Of a stretch of DNA of 64,000 nucleotides, positions 13,172 to 32,978 are shown piece by piece (within the stretch, counting starts at the first letter, position 1; each line of letters opens with the position of its first letter). The DNA is from Lingula anatina (lineage: Eukaryota > Animalia > Brachiopoda). A program made the translations under genes and the position numbers. The notes under the pieces were generated by a model. The model saw only the letters and a program-made list of their open reading frames with translations. It made no database searches and was not told where the DNA came from. The stretch is from NCBI GenBank assembly GCA_051362555.1, contig CM120641.1, positions 33,548,401-33,612,400 on the forward strand, given 5' to 3'.

Positions 13172-13964
13172 TAGGGAGGTAGGATGCCTCACATTTACCA
13201 AGAGGTTATAAAGAGTCTCATTATAACTTCTTGCATTTACCAACATCAAGTGGTGAGAGTATTAGCGAGGCAGAAAGTGTTTCAGACAGCACATCTGATT
13301 AATTATCTATTGTTTATTATACATTTTTTATTCTCATATTTATATATTTTGTATAAAATAACTCTTGCATTGCTTTCTATACAAGGTCTTTATCACATAC
13401 ATTATCATATATGAAGTACTTTTTAGGTGATTTATTTTCATTGTCATACAGATTATTGGCCATTACTGTTATAATGTGTACTATATTTTCATTTAGTTTT
13501 TACTTTTACCTTATCATTATTTTGGTACAATTTATACATGCACCTTGTTATGTTTATTGTATGGTTAATGGAAACATTCCAAATAGGTGTTTAGAGTGCT
13601 TTAACACATGATTTTTGTTTGTGTTACTGTAACAGCCTTTTGCTTTTAGCATTTTTTACTATTCTATAGGGCTTTGTACAAAATGTGTATTGGTTAACAA
13701 TATAATTATTTAGACCAACAAATGCTGGTCTGTGAGAAAAGTTATATAAAATTAATAAATATGCTGATACAAGTTTTTCTAGTTACAAGACTTTTATACA
13801 GTTAAGTGAAATCAGTGATGGTTTCTGTGAGAAAATATTGTAATACACCACCCCTCCCTCTCTTCTCTAGGATTAAAAAAAAAACAAACAAACAAAAAAA
13901 AAAAAAAAAAAAAACAATTACTTTCCCATTTACTTTACATTTACATTTAAATTTACATTAAACG

Positions 13965-15070
13965 AAAATGAAGAAACCTCTATTTTGGACACTGCTTTTA
14001 TAGTGACCATTAAAGAAAAACCATGTTACTTACTCTTTTTAAAACTTACAGGAAAGAAACACAGGTCTAAAATGCAGCCTGTGTTGGAAAAGCAATCTAA
14101 TTGGTTTCTTTTTCTGTTGTACATGTTTGTGAAGTTGTTTTCTTTCATATATTGGCATTTTCAATGTGGGACTTGGAACTCCCATGGTCATGAAGCCCAG
14201 TGGTAATCAAATTTTCTAAATGACCACGTTATTAATAAAAATAAATGGTGGTGATTATAGTTAATCATTATGTAATATTGCATCAAAATTGACAAAAAGC
14301 CAACTTCGTGCACTGTCATCACAAACGTTATGATAAAAAGCAAACTGTGTTACTTATTTTTTTTTAGCTTAAAAGAATGATTCTTAGGATTGACATACAG
14401 CTCAAATAAGAAAACCAGCTCTATTGGATTATCATTTTTTATTGAATTAATGCAACTTTTGTGAAATTCTCATTTTTCTCATTCTGGCATTTTCTAAGTA
14501 TGAACTTGAACTCTCATGGGCCTGCTTTTACTTTCATCGGTATTACCTGTTTTGCATAATTTAAATTTGATGTCGACTTTGAAGTTAAGCGTAATATATT
14601 ATTGATCAGAATTGACAGCATCCTATTTTGTGCATTATTACTTTGTGCTTTTCTTAAGATGTGACTTATGGGCCTGAAAGACCTTTGAGAGGGTCAGTCT
14701 GTAAATTTCCCTTGGGTATCACTAAGCTAAGTTCAGAGTTATAAAGTCATTTGCCTAATTAATAGGTTATTAAATGAGATTACATAAAGCACAGTTGTTG
14801 ATATTTCCCTGTAAACTCCCAAAGATTAAGCCAGTCTGCTAGATTAATAATAAGGAAGCAGTGATAGTTATGCAGGTAAATTTTGCAATATCTCTGGGTC
14901 CACTCCTGTTATTGACCATGCTACCTTTTGTGCATGATTAAAATTCAGTGTTGACTGACAGTGCTATTATAAGCATTATTTATTATTGCATCAAAATTGA
15001 CAAAATGACCTATTTTGCATCTTTATTTTCTGTTTTTTGTCTGTACATTTGACAGCTTTGCTGCCTTGTT
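13965..15070 (+). mobile_element. Partial HINE family B copy, inverted relative to the other copies, downstream of the DHRS7B stop
   Basis: Ends GTCTGTACATTTGACAGCTTTGCTGCCTTGTT, the reverse complement of the family B terminus at 36691 and 56472. The interior matches the family B body; the left boundary is approximate. Confidence 0.8.
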
Positions 15071-15261
15071 TCATAAGTGATTGCATATTCTCTGTTTGAA
15101 GATGTTTGAGGATTGGCATTTTAACTTATTAAAATAAAATTGTGTTCAGATTCATATATATTCTGAGCACACCAGAATTAAAAATTAACATGACAGTTTA
15201 TGGACAAAAATATCACAATCATCTACTCTTGCAAATGTGCATAATATTTTATAAGTAATCA

Positions 15262-15473
15262 TCACTTTTGTTTACACTGGTCTTGTTTTTGATGTGCTGC
15301 CCTCTTCTTCATTAAACTGAAGTATAAGGATGGACAAAATGTCCTTAAAAAAACAGCTACAGTCACAGTGAATGGCGCTAAAATAAGTTCATTTTTCTGC
15401 TCCTGTACTGCTTTGAGAACCTTGGATGCAACATACTCCGGCGACATCCCTGTCTCTGTGGTCTTGTCCATCA
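15262..15473 (-). CDS. DHRS7B: DHRS7B coding exon 6 (terminal)
   Basis: [23 protein letters not shown]...[21 protein letters not shown]; acceptor TTTTGTAG. Confidence 0.92.
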
Positions 15474-18400
15474 CTACAAAAGGTAGTATAAACTAGAGGA
15501 TCAGAGAGGCGATACCGCCTCCGAATATTGTACCACCAGCTGGAGCAAGCGCATTCGTATAGACCCCCACATACACAAAATAAGGGACACAGCCACCAGT
15601 TTTGTGCTTGACAAGCTGTTAAAATGCAATCAACAAGAATTTTTAAACTTTTGCAAAAATATATATATGGTACAATCAAATTTAAGTTCTTCGTAAGATA
15701 GGTCAAGGGTCAATTTCAAGGTCACAGTAAATTGCCAGTATATGACTTCCTATTCAAGTTCAAGAGTAACTATGGACCTATCTCTGCCAGTTTTGGAGAC
15801 AAAAGGAAAGCAAAATTTGCAAAGTTCAGTTCATGGTGAAAAGTAGGTCAAAGGTCAATTTTAAGGTCACATTTAGATTGCCAGTATATGACTTTCTATT
15901 CAAGTTCAATAGTAACTACGGACCTATCTCAGCCAGTTTTGGAGATAAAAGAAAAGCAAAATTTGCAAAATTCAGTTCATGGTGTAAAGTAGGTCAAAGG
16001 TCAATTTTAAGGTCACATTTAGATTGCCAGTATATGACTTCCTATTCAAGTTCAATAGTAACTATGGACCTAACTCTGCCAGTTTTGGAGATAAAAGGGA
16101 AGAAAAATTTGCAAAGTTCAGTTCATGGTGAAAAGTAGGTCAAAGGTCAATTTTAAGATCACATTTAGATTGCCAGTATATGACTTCCTATTCAAGTTCA
16201 ATAGTAACTACGGACCTATCTCTGCCAGTTTTGGATATAAAAGGAAAGCAAAATTTGCATAGTTCAATTTGTGGTGAAAAGTAGGTCAAAGGTCAATTTT
16301 AAGGTCACATATAGATTGCCAGTATATGACTTCCTATTCAAGTTCAATAGTAACTATGGACCTATCTCTGCCAGTTTTGGAGATAAAAGGAAAGCAAAAT
16401 TTGCAAAGTTCAATTCATGGTGAAAAGTAGGTCAAAAGTCAATTTTAAGGTCACATATAGATTGCCAGTATATGACTTCCTATTCAAGTTCAATAGTAAC
16501 TACGGACCTATCTCTGCCAGTTTTGGAGATAAAAGGAAAGCAAAATTTGCAAAGTTCAATTCATAGTGAAAAGTAGGTCAAAGGTCAATTTCAAGGTCAC
16601 ATTTAGATTGCCAGTATATGACTTTCTATTCAAGTTCAATAGTAACTACGGACCTATCTCAGCCAGTTTTGGAGATAAAAGAAAAGCAAAATTTGCAAAG
16701 TTCAGTTCATGGTGTAAAGTAGGTCAAAGGTCAATTTTAAGGTCACATTTAGATTGCCAGTATATGACTTCCTATTCAAGTTCAATAGTAACTATGGAGC
16801 TATCTCTGCCAGTTTTGGAGAAAAAGGAAAGCAAAATTTGCAAAGTTCAATTCATGGTGAAAAGTAGGTCAAAGGTCAATTTTAAGGTCACATATAGATT
16901 GCCAGTATATGACTTCCTATTCAAGTTCAATAGTAACTATGGACCTATCTCTGCCAGTTTTGGAGATAAAAGGAAAGCAAAATTTGCAAAGTTCAGTTCA
17001 TGGTGAAAAGTAGGTCAAAGGTCAATTTTAAGATCACATTTAGATTGCCAGTATATGACTTCCTATTCAAGTTCAATAGTAACTATGGACCTATCTCAGC
17101 CAGTTTTGGAGATAAAAGGGAGGCAAAATTTGCAAAGTTCAGTTCATGGTGAAAAGTAGGTCAAAGGTCAATTTTAAGATCACATTTAGATTGCCAGTAT
17201 ATGACTTCCTATTCAAGTTCAATAGTAACTATGGACCTATCTCTGCCAGTTTTGGAGATAAAAGGGAAGCAAAATTTGCAAAGTTCAGTTCATGGTGAAA
17301 AGTAGGTCAAAGGTCAATTTCAAGGTCACAGTAAGATAGCCAGTATATGACTTCCTATTCAACTTCAATAGTAACTATGGACCTATCTCTGCCAGTTTTG
17401 GAGATATAAGGGACTAAATGTTATAATTTTGGAGTTACCATAATGTGCCTTAAATTTCGTACAGAAAAAATTAATTAAAATAGAGAAAATGTCATTTTGG
17501 TCAAAATTCTTGAAATAGGAGGTGCTCTGAAGTTTCAGAAGTTCAAATTTGATGAAATAATGTCAATTTTGAACACAAGTTGTCTGCTTTGCCAAGCCTT
17601 ATGTTTTATTTTTCCAGAGTACAAAATTTATTATCCATTACCGTACTGCACATTTTGCTTTTACCACCAATATGTACTTTTTGATACAGCGTAACTCAAA
17701 AACCGTATGGAATACAAAAAAACCAAGACCACCTCCAGTGTTGGGCTTTACATGCTCTACAAAATGCAAAAAAGAATGGGTCTCTAGCATTAACGGTTCC
17801 CGAATTAGAGACAGTTTTCAGTTTCGGTATCTTATGGCCGCTACTCCCGTGAAAATGCACTGATTGACCCCAAATTCATGGAGATGAAAGATGACCTGAA
17901 GGGTAACACTTTCCAATAATATTATTGGTTAAGTCTGTGTAGTGTCTGAATAACAGGGCAAAAAAAAATTTTTTCGTAAAAAATTTCATTTTTTTGAAAA
18001 TTTTGGCCCATTTGACCTTGAAGTAAAGGTCAAAGGTCAAATCCAAGGGTATATTTGAAATCTACACATATGACTTTTGGAAAGCCGTCTATAGAAATTT
18101 TTCCCATAACTCCTTCCGTAGGGTAGATAATTAGCATTTAATTTTGCCATTTTTAGACAAGGGTGCATTGTAATGAGTGCCACACCCAGACCCCAATACC
18201 GACAAAGCCCAAATTTTACGTGGAACGAGTTGAGATTATAGGTGACCTAAATCCATGAGATGGGTACGGGGGCCCTTACCGTCTAGGAGGAGAAGCGGTA
18301 ACGGTAGCCGTCCGGCGGAGCCGGCGGAACGATCCGGACGGGACCGAAACCATGTGTACCGCCAGCGCTAACGCTGGTGGTACAAAAATTTTAGATGAAC

Positions 18401-20702
18401 AAGAATGCAATAAGCTGCAACAGCCCAGTTGGTCTCTGGTATTCTGTCGACTTAAAGAAGTTTGATGGTCTGATACTAAAACAACTTTTCCCCTTTAAGT
18501 TAACTGTTAAATACTACGCTACCTTAGATATGTGCAAGATATTTTGAAAACTAACAAACGTTCATGATCAACATCTCAGAATTAGCATGCCAGAGTAGTG
18601 ATCCAAGTTTTTACCCCATAGTTACCTCCATATCTTGTCCCATCTCCCTGTAGTGCATTTAGAGACAGGTTAGTCTTAATATACCCAGGACTTATCACTG
18701 AGACTTTGATGTTCTTGTCTGCCACTTCGGCTCTCAGGCTGTCAAAATATGCTTGGGCAGCATGCTTGGAAGCAGCATCTGTGGAAAACAAAGAGGATGT
18801 CATATCTCAAACAATGTGACCATCACATCTAATCTTTTTCATAACACCCTTTGAAACATTTAAGAGTGATTTTCATGGCAGGTTTGGTTGATTTTTTAAT
18901 GCTGAAATGTGCCAATTTTTTCCTACTTCAAGAGTCTGCCCATGCAACTGTTTCATTTTAAGTAATGATAAGGCTGCCTGTCATTTCCACTGACTGCAAG
19001 ACAAACTCACAGGTTCAAGTGTATAACACTGACTGTTGATGCTTTTTAGCATCAAATTCTTAATTGAAACTCAACAAATCATTCCACTTGCATGTGGAAC
19101 TTAATTAAGTAAAAAATGAAGAATCCACTTACACGCAGACCTGTAAGGAATGGCTATTTTTCCTTGAACACTGCTAATGGCAACAATATGACCACAGTCT
19201 CTAGACACCATGCTTGGTAATAAGGCTTTGAAAAAAGGCAAAGATTTTAAGAGGATTTCAAATGGTCAACTAGCTGCTACACAACTTTTCAGGTAATATT
19301 ACCGTCTCTTAAACAGACACATTATCAAAATTTATAGAATTCTTGCAAAACTATTCGACAACATACAATTTAATGCAATAGGCAGTTTTTACATTTAATT
19401 TCTCACTTTAATATATGAAAACAATACAAAACCAATCAATCATATTTTTAAAGTAGACTTCATATAGATTTTGTTATGATAGCTGCATTGATAGTTTCAA
19501 GAAACCACCATCAGGGAATGAGGCGTTACAGCCTACAGTGGCCTCTACCTGAGAAGTTTAATTTCTACATAACACAGCTGATTAAGTTCTTTGCTGGATA
19601 TAATAATATCACTTTCAAAATATTGTGAGTCAGACACTACATTTGATATAACAGCTTTCTACAGTTAAGTTGTTCATTCTCTACCTTGTGTCAAAGCAAT
19701 CTGTCCAAAGTAGTTGACGGTCATTACTGACATGTGGATACCCAGTTCAGTCTCCATAGCTTCTCCACGATAGCTTATTCCTCCATTATTCACTAAAATA
19801 TCAATATGTCCATGTATTTTCAATGCTTGGGCTGCTCTCTGTGGGACTGAATCCAAGTCAGAGAGGTCCAAAGTAAGTATCGATGGTTCTTTTGTCTCGA
19901 TGGCCTGAAATGATGTCACAATAGTATACATCATTACCTATTATCCTAAAATGCAGTTTGAGAGATTTCTGTTCCTTCAAACAAATCTGAAGACCTGAAA
20001 GAACCATGCATTTTAACAAGACTAGAGGGCTTGTAACTGATATTATTGTACTTTGTACAGAATTATCCCACATTAAGACCAATCATGGGTGGGTATTGGA
20101 AGGTAGGAAAACAGCAACCATGTCCACATATTGGGAAAAGAGGTGCAGAAAAAACAAGACGGGCATAGGTGAATATAGATATGTGCTTATATACTTACAA
20201 GCTTCAGGTTTTGTAAGTCCTGTTTCACCCTCTTCAATTCAGCTTCCCTTCTTGCACACAGTATGACCCTGGACCCTGCCTTGTAAAAGGCATGAGCACA
20301 AGCTGAAATTCAAATGTCACCTAAATATAAACATTCAACAGTTGCATTTTTGTCTATACAGTGATCTTACCTGATATTAAATAGGTTTTCTAAGTGTTAA
20401 ACTCTATACACATGTATTTATAAGCATATAGATTTTTCCTATTTCACAACCACCAAAGATAAACTGTCACATTTACCTACAATGCTGAACCATTATCACT
20501 ATAATACATACTAAAACAGTGAATACAACTTGACATTTATCCTACCACCACAACACACCATCTCACCTTCTCCTAGCCCTGAACTGGCACCAGTGATGAG
20601 AACCACCTTGTCCCTCAGATCCAAATGACACTTCCTGAATAGTCTGTATGATACCCAGACAGCCATCAGAGCAATGGGAATGTATATAGAGGATGACATC
20701 AT
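15262..20702 (-). CDS. DHRS7B: Dehydrogenase/reductase SDR family member 7B (PexRAP), 305 aa, 6 coding exons
   Basis: Exons 20702-20567, 20302-20199, 19904-19685, 19225-19133, 18778-18626, 15473-15262 (918 nt), all GT-AG and phase-consistent. N-terminal hydrophobic anchor, [33 protein letters not shown] (catalytic YxxxK) and SPGYIKT are typical of DHRS7B. Confidence 0.93.
15491..18385 (-). mobile_element. HINE/DINE-1-like non-autonomous Helentron, family A, in the last DHRS7B intron
   Basis: One end carries the hairpin TGTACCGCCAGCG-CTAA-CGCTGGTGGTACA (18355-18384) next to GC-rich short repeats. The other end has the matching subTIR TGTACCACCAGC (15529-15540), the palindrome GAGGCG-ATAC-CGCCTC and a CTAG-TT terminus on the - strand. 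Central satellite, A/T-run flanks, no TSD. Confidence 0.85.
15699..17415. repeat. Satellite array, 146-bp monomer, ~12 copies
   Basis: TAGGTCAAAGGTCA recurs at 15844, 15990, 16136 ... 17303 (period 146). Confidence 0.97.
18626..18778 (-). CDS. DHRS7B: DHRS7B coding exon 5
   Basis: [51 protein letters not shown]. Confidence 0.93.
19133..19225 (-). CDS. DHRS7B: DHRS7B coding exon 4
   Basis: [31 protein letters not shown]; donor GTAAGT. Confidence 0.93.
19685..19904 (-). CDS. DHRS7B: DHRS7B coding exon 3
   Basis: [17 protein letters not shown]...[15 protein letters not shown]...[11 protein letters not shown]. Confidence 0.93.
20199..20302 (-). CDS. DHRS7B: DHRS7B coding exon 2
   Basis: [35 protein letters not shown]; TTTCAG / GTAAGT. 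Not in the ORF track. Confidence 0.92.
20567..20702 (-). CDS. DHRS7B: DHRS7B coding exon 1
   Basis: [22 protein letters not shown]...[13 protein letters not shown]. The acceptor at 20721-20722 implies an upstream UTR exon. Donor GTGAGA. Confidence 0.88.
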
Positions 20703-21914
20703 AGCAGCTTTCAGACTCAACTGTTAAAATAATTCAGAGCAGTTTTTAACTTTCAGTTTGAAAAAAGTGACATGCACAACAGAGTTTCTCACTGGAAGGC
20801 ACAAAAATACCAGGGTATCTGGTGCTTCTGCAGTATTCTGTTACCCTACCCTGTAAATCTTTTATTCTTATTATGTTTATCACATCACAAATAATTTCTA
20901 GGAAAATATGTTGAATATTAGACTTTCATTAATACAGGTTTTTTTATGTTTGTTTTGTTCTAACAAAATCAAATTTAAACATATACCAAGGTAGATACCA
21001 GTACTACAATTTTTTTAAGAAACCTCTTTCAATGGTTGGAAGGTTTATTAGTCTTAAGGTCATTGGTCCATCAAATTGTAATATTTTATCAGTTTTTTAA
21101 TGAAAGGGTTTGTTGGTCCACAGGTTTAACAGTGAATATTCCAACAAATGAAGCTATGAATATTAAAACTTCACCCCAGAAAAAGTACTGTGAAGGTGGG
21201 TTAACATGTAAAAGCAGGAAATTCTTGAACGCTGAAATAATGGACACTACGGAACAAATGCAATTTTTGGCATGTTACAAAGTATGATTGTTTATCCAAG
21301 GGTCCTCTGTAATATACTGTAGATGAATTGTGCATGCATCACTTCCCTTGGGAACAGAGGCAGGTCATCAGATGTGGAGTTTACAGAAGCAGAAATATTG
21401 GCAGAATCCCACCTAACCATTTCCCATCGGGTTGCAGGTTATTTATTGACACCTGGGTTCTTTCTACTGGCCAGCCAGGCCGGCTTGTTGCACGTCAAGT
21501 CACGGTCAAAACATTTACAGGAAGCCTCAGCTATGTTCAAGTTCAAGTTTATTCAATCTCACAAGTTGAATATTTTCAACATAGAGATACAAATTGAACA
21601 TTCAACATAGAACTTCTACACAGAATTACTAATTCAGCTCAGCATGGATATAATAGTACAGAATTCGATATAAATATACGTGTACTAATACAACATTCAA
21701 TATAATAGTGTTACATTTGACACAGAGGTACATGTACTGTGTATATATACCGGTAGGCTTTAAATTTATTTTGCCATAGCTGATAATTATTATTAGTCAC
21801 CGAAACCAGGGTTGTGGGTGGGATGCATATCAGTGACAATACCGATACTCAGTCAAAACAGATTCATGAAATAGCTGCCAACAAACCTGCATGTTAATTA
21901 AATATTTACAAATA

Positions 21915-22000
21915 ATCCGCCTTGTTTATGTGCCGCACGTGTGAAAATGACAGGAAGCGGAAGAAGTATTCTGCGCAAAGTGATCACTGCGCAGATATAT
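21915..22000. promoter_or_regulatory. Bidirectional promoter core between DHRS7B and USP22
   Basis: CpG-richer patch with E-box CACGTG (21936), tandem ETS-type CAGGAAG/CGGAAG (21951-21963) and two TGCGCA (NRF1-like) sites in the palindrome TCTGCGCA-AA-GTGATCAC-TGCGCAGA (21970-21995), about 100 nt upstream of the USP22 ATG. Confidence 0.65.
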
Positions 22001-22090
22001 CCTTTGTTGATTTCTTTCGGGAAGGTGTCGCATAGTTCAGCTTAGAAATACAATGGATTTTCGAAAAGCCGGGAGCAATCGAAAAAAAGA

Positions 22091-28846
<6,756 letters not shown>

Positions 28847-31080
28847 AGATGGTGTTTGTCTTCAGAAAAGCTGACACCAGATGGCAGTCATAACATCCCC
28901 TCTTGGAGAAGGAGCAGGGCTGCCTTATTTGTATTACTCATACCCTACAAGGAATTGTGAGATTTGAAGACTCCCAGAAGATTTGTTTAGCTACTAGACA
29001 CACACACACAGGGTGGTAATGCAGGGACATATTCATGTTGTGGACTTGTTGTATTGAATAGCGCATTGCTGTGATGATTATGATATATACAAAAAGCTAT
29101 GTATACTTAAAATTGGGATTGCACTGGATCATAGTGCCTGATTATTATCATGATGCTCTGATTTTACTTGTCACACTTACTGTCACAGTTGAGACACACA
29201 AAGAAGACATACTTAAAGCATTGCCCTCCCTCAACACACTCCCAAAACAGCACAATGTCTCACCAAACACAATACCCCAACTTACAAACTTACACTTAAC
29301 TGAAAATGTAGGTGTTCACTTAAACGGTCAGTGCATTACTTTATTTAGGCAAAGCTCATTAATATATTGTGCAACTGCAGACATTGGTGGATGCAGAACT
29401 TTATTTTGGATTGTACACCCAAATGGTTCTGTATTGTGTGTTTCTATATACTTTACCAATGTGATTGATAGTTTATTTATGATATAATTTGACCTTTGCT
29501 TGTATTGGTGGACCTATGCAACAAGCGCCAAAAAGCTCAAAAACTTTCCCTCAAAACAAATCTGTGATGTTTCCGCTGGATATTTAAGCGGCCAGAGACT
29601 AGGTCAAAGGAGGGAGTTTTGACCATTGCCTAAATTGGACTTAGCAGTGCCATATCTGTCTTATATTTGGGATTGGTCACCTTATATCATTCACTGGGCT
29701 CATGTCAGATGTCTTTTTCATTTTTCATTTTTTTGGGATCACTTTCATAGCATTTTGGGCCAATTATTCAAATGCAAATCAGTGGCAGTTTGACAAATGT
29801 CATGTTTTTTTATAGTTCTTTATCTCAAACTTGATCTGATCAATTCAAATATTTTTTTCCATCCTAGTTTGAGCCCAGACTTGATTTCAATTTTCAGACA
29901 CATGGCCTCATAAGTCATTTGGACAGCCCAGTAAGACTTTCAGATTGATCATTTCAGTATTACATAACTTTAATTATCGTCATCATCAATGTGGACTGCA
30001 GTCTGGACCAGGACTGTGATGTGCACACAACTTGCATCCAGTCACAAGGAGCGTTTACACAAATTTTAGATGGTTTAGGTTCATATATCATCTCTGTTGG
30101 AACAAAATATTTTAAAAGAAATTTGGAAGCTTCCTGCTGGGACAACTTGAATTAGCACATTTGAAGATAATATTACTTGTTCCGAAGTTTTCTTGTCTGA
30201 TGATGTCATATGTACTAGAACTGGTCTAAGTTATTATGTCTGAACGCACCAGTGCACTTGACCTCATGGTTCGTTAGATTATAATTGTCATCACAACTCA
30301 TACCCTTATACTCATAATATTAATGTGAAATAAAGAATATGATGTCAAGATCTGGTTCATCATGCGCGTCTTAGTTTTACAAGGGTAAAGTGTATAATTT
30401 GTTGCATATTGACTTCTTTACGTCAGATTTCATTTACATCTGTAGAGTAACAAAAGTTTGAACTATACTCAGCATAAGCAGCACAAATATACCCAGGGAG
30501 TAGCACATGGCTCAGGATAGGTGGGGTTAAAGGTAAATGCCTGTTAATCAAATATCTGGTGCATGGAAATTTCAACAACATTGTATCATATTTAAGTCTT
30601 GATATACACTTAATACAACACATGCGACATACAAGAGAAATTTATATCACAGCTGTGCCCCAATTATTACTCTGTTGTGCGTCTCATGCAGTGAATGCCC
30701 TATGCAGTAACAAGTATTAAAATGTGCATTTAAAAAAGAAAAAAACTAAAATTTCTACCAATCTTAAAATGCTCAGCTTTGAGTTCTAGTGTAATGACAA
30801 AACTATGCATGCTCAGTTCAATTTTTTTAAAATCTCCATCATAAGCATTTATTGTCGTCTTAATTTATATATACAGTTGGAAAATATTTTTACTAATTCT
30901 GTAACAATATAATGGTCTCTTAGCATTATTTTATGAGTGCATGAATTGAGGCTAGTTTGCTGTCAAAATTTGTTATCAGACACAAAACAAAATCAAATAG
31001 ATGTAGGTTGAAAATGTCATTTTATTGACATTTGCACTTTGATTAATGTTCAAAGTACGAATGAAAAATACTGAGAGTTA

Positions 31081-31250
31081 GATATAAATCTATGAATGAC
31101 AACCATGTATGTTATATAATTTTCAAGCTCAAAGATATAATTTACATTTCAGCAAAGATGGAGGGATATAAATCTATGAATGACAACCATGCATGTTATA
31201 TAATTTTCAAGCTTAAAGATATAATTTACATTTCAGCAAAGATGGAGGGA
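31081..31250. repeat. Two-copy tandem duplication, ~84 bp
   Basis: GATATAAATCTATGAATGACAACCATG...CAGCAAAGATGGAGGGA occurs twice. Confidence 0.9.
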
Positions 31251-32978
31251 AAAAGGGCCCCACACATGGCAATATGTTTTAGATAAATTTTATGTCCAAA
31301 ATTCGGCCGAGGCTGAGAGCGAGCTGCGCAACCCCTACCCTTCAGGAAGGGGACGTAGGTTTCCTCAATGCTCTGACAGCCCACTAATAGAGTTGTCTCT
31401 CTTGGCCTTATAACTGCCATATGTGCCCTATGCTAAGGTTATGCCCTGTATGTTGACTTAAACAAAATGAGAACTGCTAACCCATAGAGGCTTACCTATA
31501 TGTCAAATGTTTCTGAACATAAATACCATACATATAATAATGATACATAGAATTAATAATTGTTTGTAGTATTAATTAATCAGGGAACATTAGGGAGGGA
31601 CAGGGTTGGGTTTGAGAAACTTTATGAAATTCACTAAAAACTATTCTCTCCTGAGCATGTACTACTAGGTTAAAAATTTCTAAGGAAGTGAGACAGAGTG
31701 TTCTTTGTTCTTGGTGAAGCTGAACTCCTTATGATTCTGATTGGCTGATCACAATGAGACTAGGTTGTACTGTCCAATCAGGTTTTGCTATACTGGTATC
31801 TGACCAGTGTCATTTGGTAGTAATTAACTTAACAGCGTGAAATACAAAGCGGAGACATCCTGTCTGTAATTAGGGAAAAAGCATCTGGAGCTTATCTTTC
31901 TATCAACCTATCTTAGTCCCTGGGCATCTTACATCACATTAATACCCTCATCACACATAAATCCCTTTATTGTGACCAATAAATTATATTTACTGCATAT
32001 GTGACCAAACCAAGTGGTAGAAACATTCTTACCAATATCACACGCTATATCATATATATACATTACATTCTTATGAGCACAGCTATAGTTTAATTGTGAA
32101 AGTTTGTAAATGCTGAAATTCCACAGCAATTTCTATCAAATACATCAGTTCAAAAATATTTTTTAAACGTCAAATCTGCCTTGAGTATTTAAAGCAGAGT
32201 ATGTGCTTTGAGTATGTATACAGTAGCTGTTCTAGTTATACAAAAGAGTAGTGGCCTACAGATCTTTTAGCTTTCACATAAGTAAAGAACTACAACAAAA
32301 AGGCACTGGAGATTACTTTTTACCCCATCTTAAAAACTAACCTCAAGGGATTAGCTCTTTGGTCATTTGTATCAGATAAGATTATGAGAGAGTGTACACA
32401 TGCCAAAAATACATACTAGGCGAATACTTTGATTCACAAACCACAAAGTAAAAATAATTTGTAAACATGTTCTTTTGGAATGTTTAAGTATGAAAAAAAT
32501 TTAGACTTATGAAGTGCTTAAACATCACTTCCATGTTTCAGATTTTTCTGTCTAAAAAGGAATGTCATTGAGAGACCATTAAAGGATTATGTGGCCTTCC
32601 TTTCATGTAGGTCCGCCATATTTAGGTCTTGGCCTTGCTAGACCTCAGCTCTTCTCGATGTGAATGCTCTCTATCACATACAAAGAGATTAACTGTAACC
32701 AGGAAGATAGTGGCAAGTGGAAGGGTGCATATCTGTCTTTCTGGTCTTGTACATTTACTTTGGCTGTATCCTCTACATGTATAAATCATCTATAACTTGA
32801 ATTGCTTCTGTTTCATTCACTGTACTTGAATTTGTATTTATCCCTTCCAGCTCTTCATTTGTACCACTCTCTTCCCATGTATCTGGAAAATCAACAGAAA
32901 AACAATAATAAAATATCAAAGAAAAGTAACTGAATGCAATTTAAGAAATAATTAATAGTAAATGAGTTTTTATTTCAA

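Noticed and set aside
15699-17415. Regular array resembling CRISPR, and ORFs 15833-16138 and 16566-17006
   Set aside because: Units are full-length tandem copies with no unique spacers, there are no cas genes and the context is eukaryotic. The ORFs are translations of satellite DNA.
29071-29487. 138-aa ORF downstream of USP22
   Set aside because: GTG start, no recognisable domain, and it lies in the probable USP22 3' UTR.
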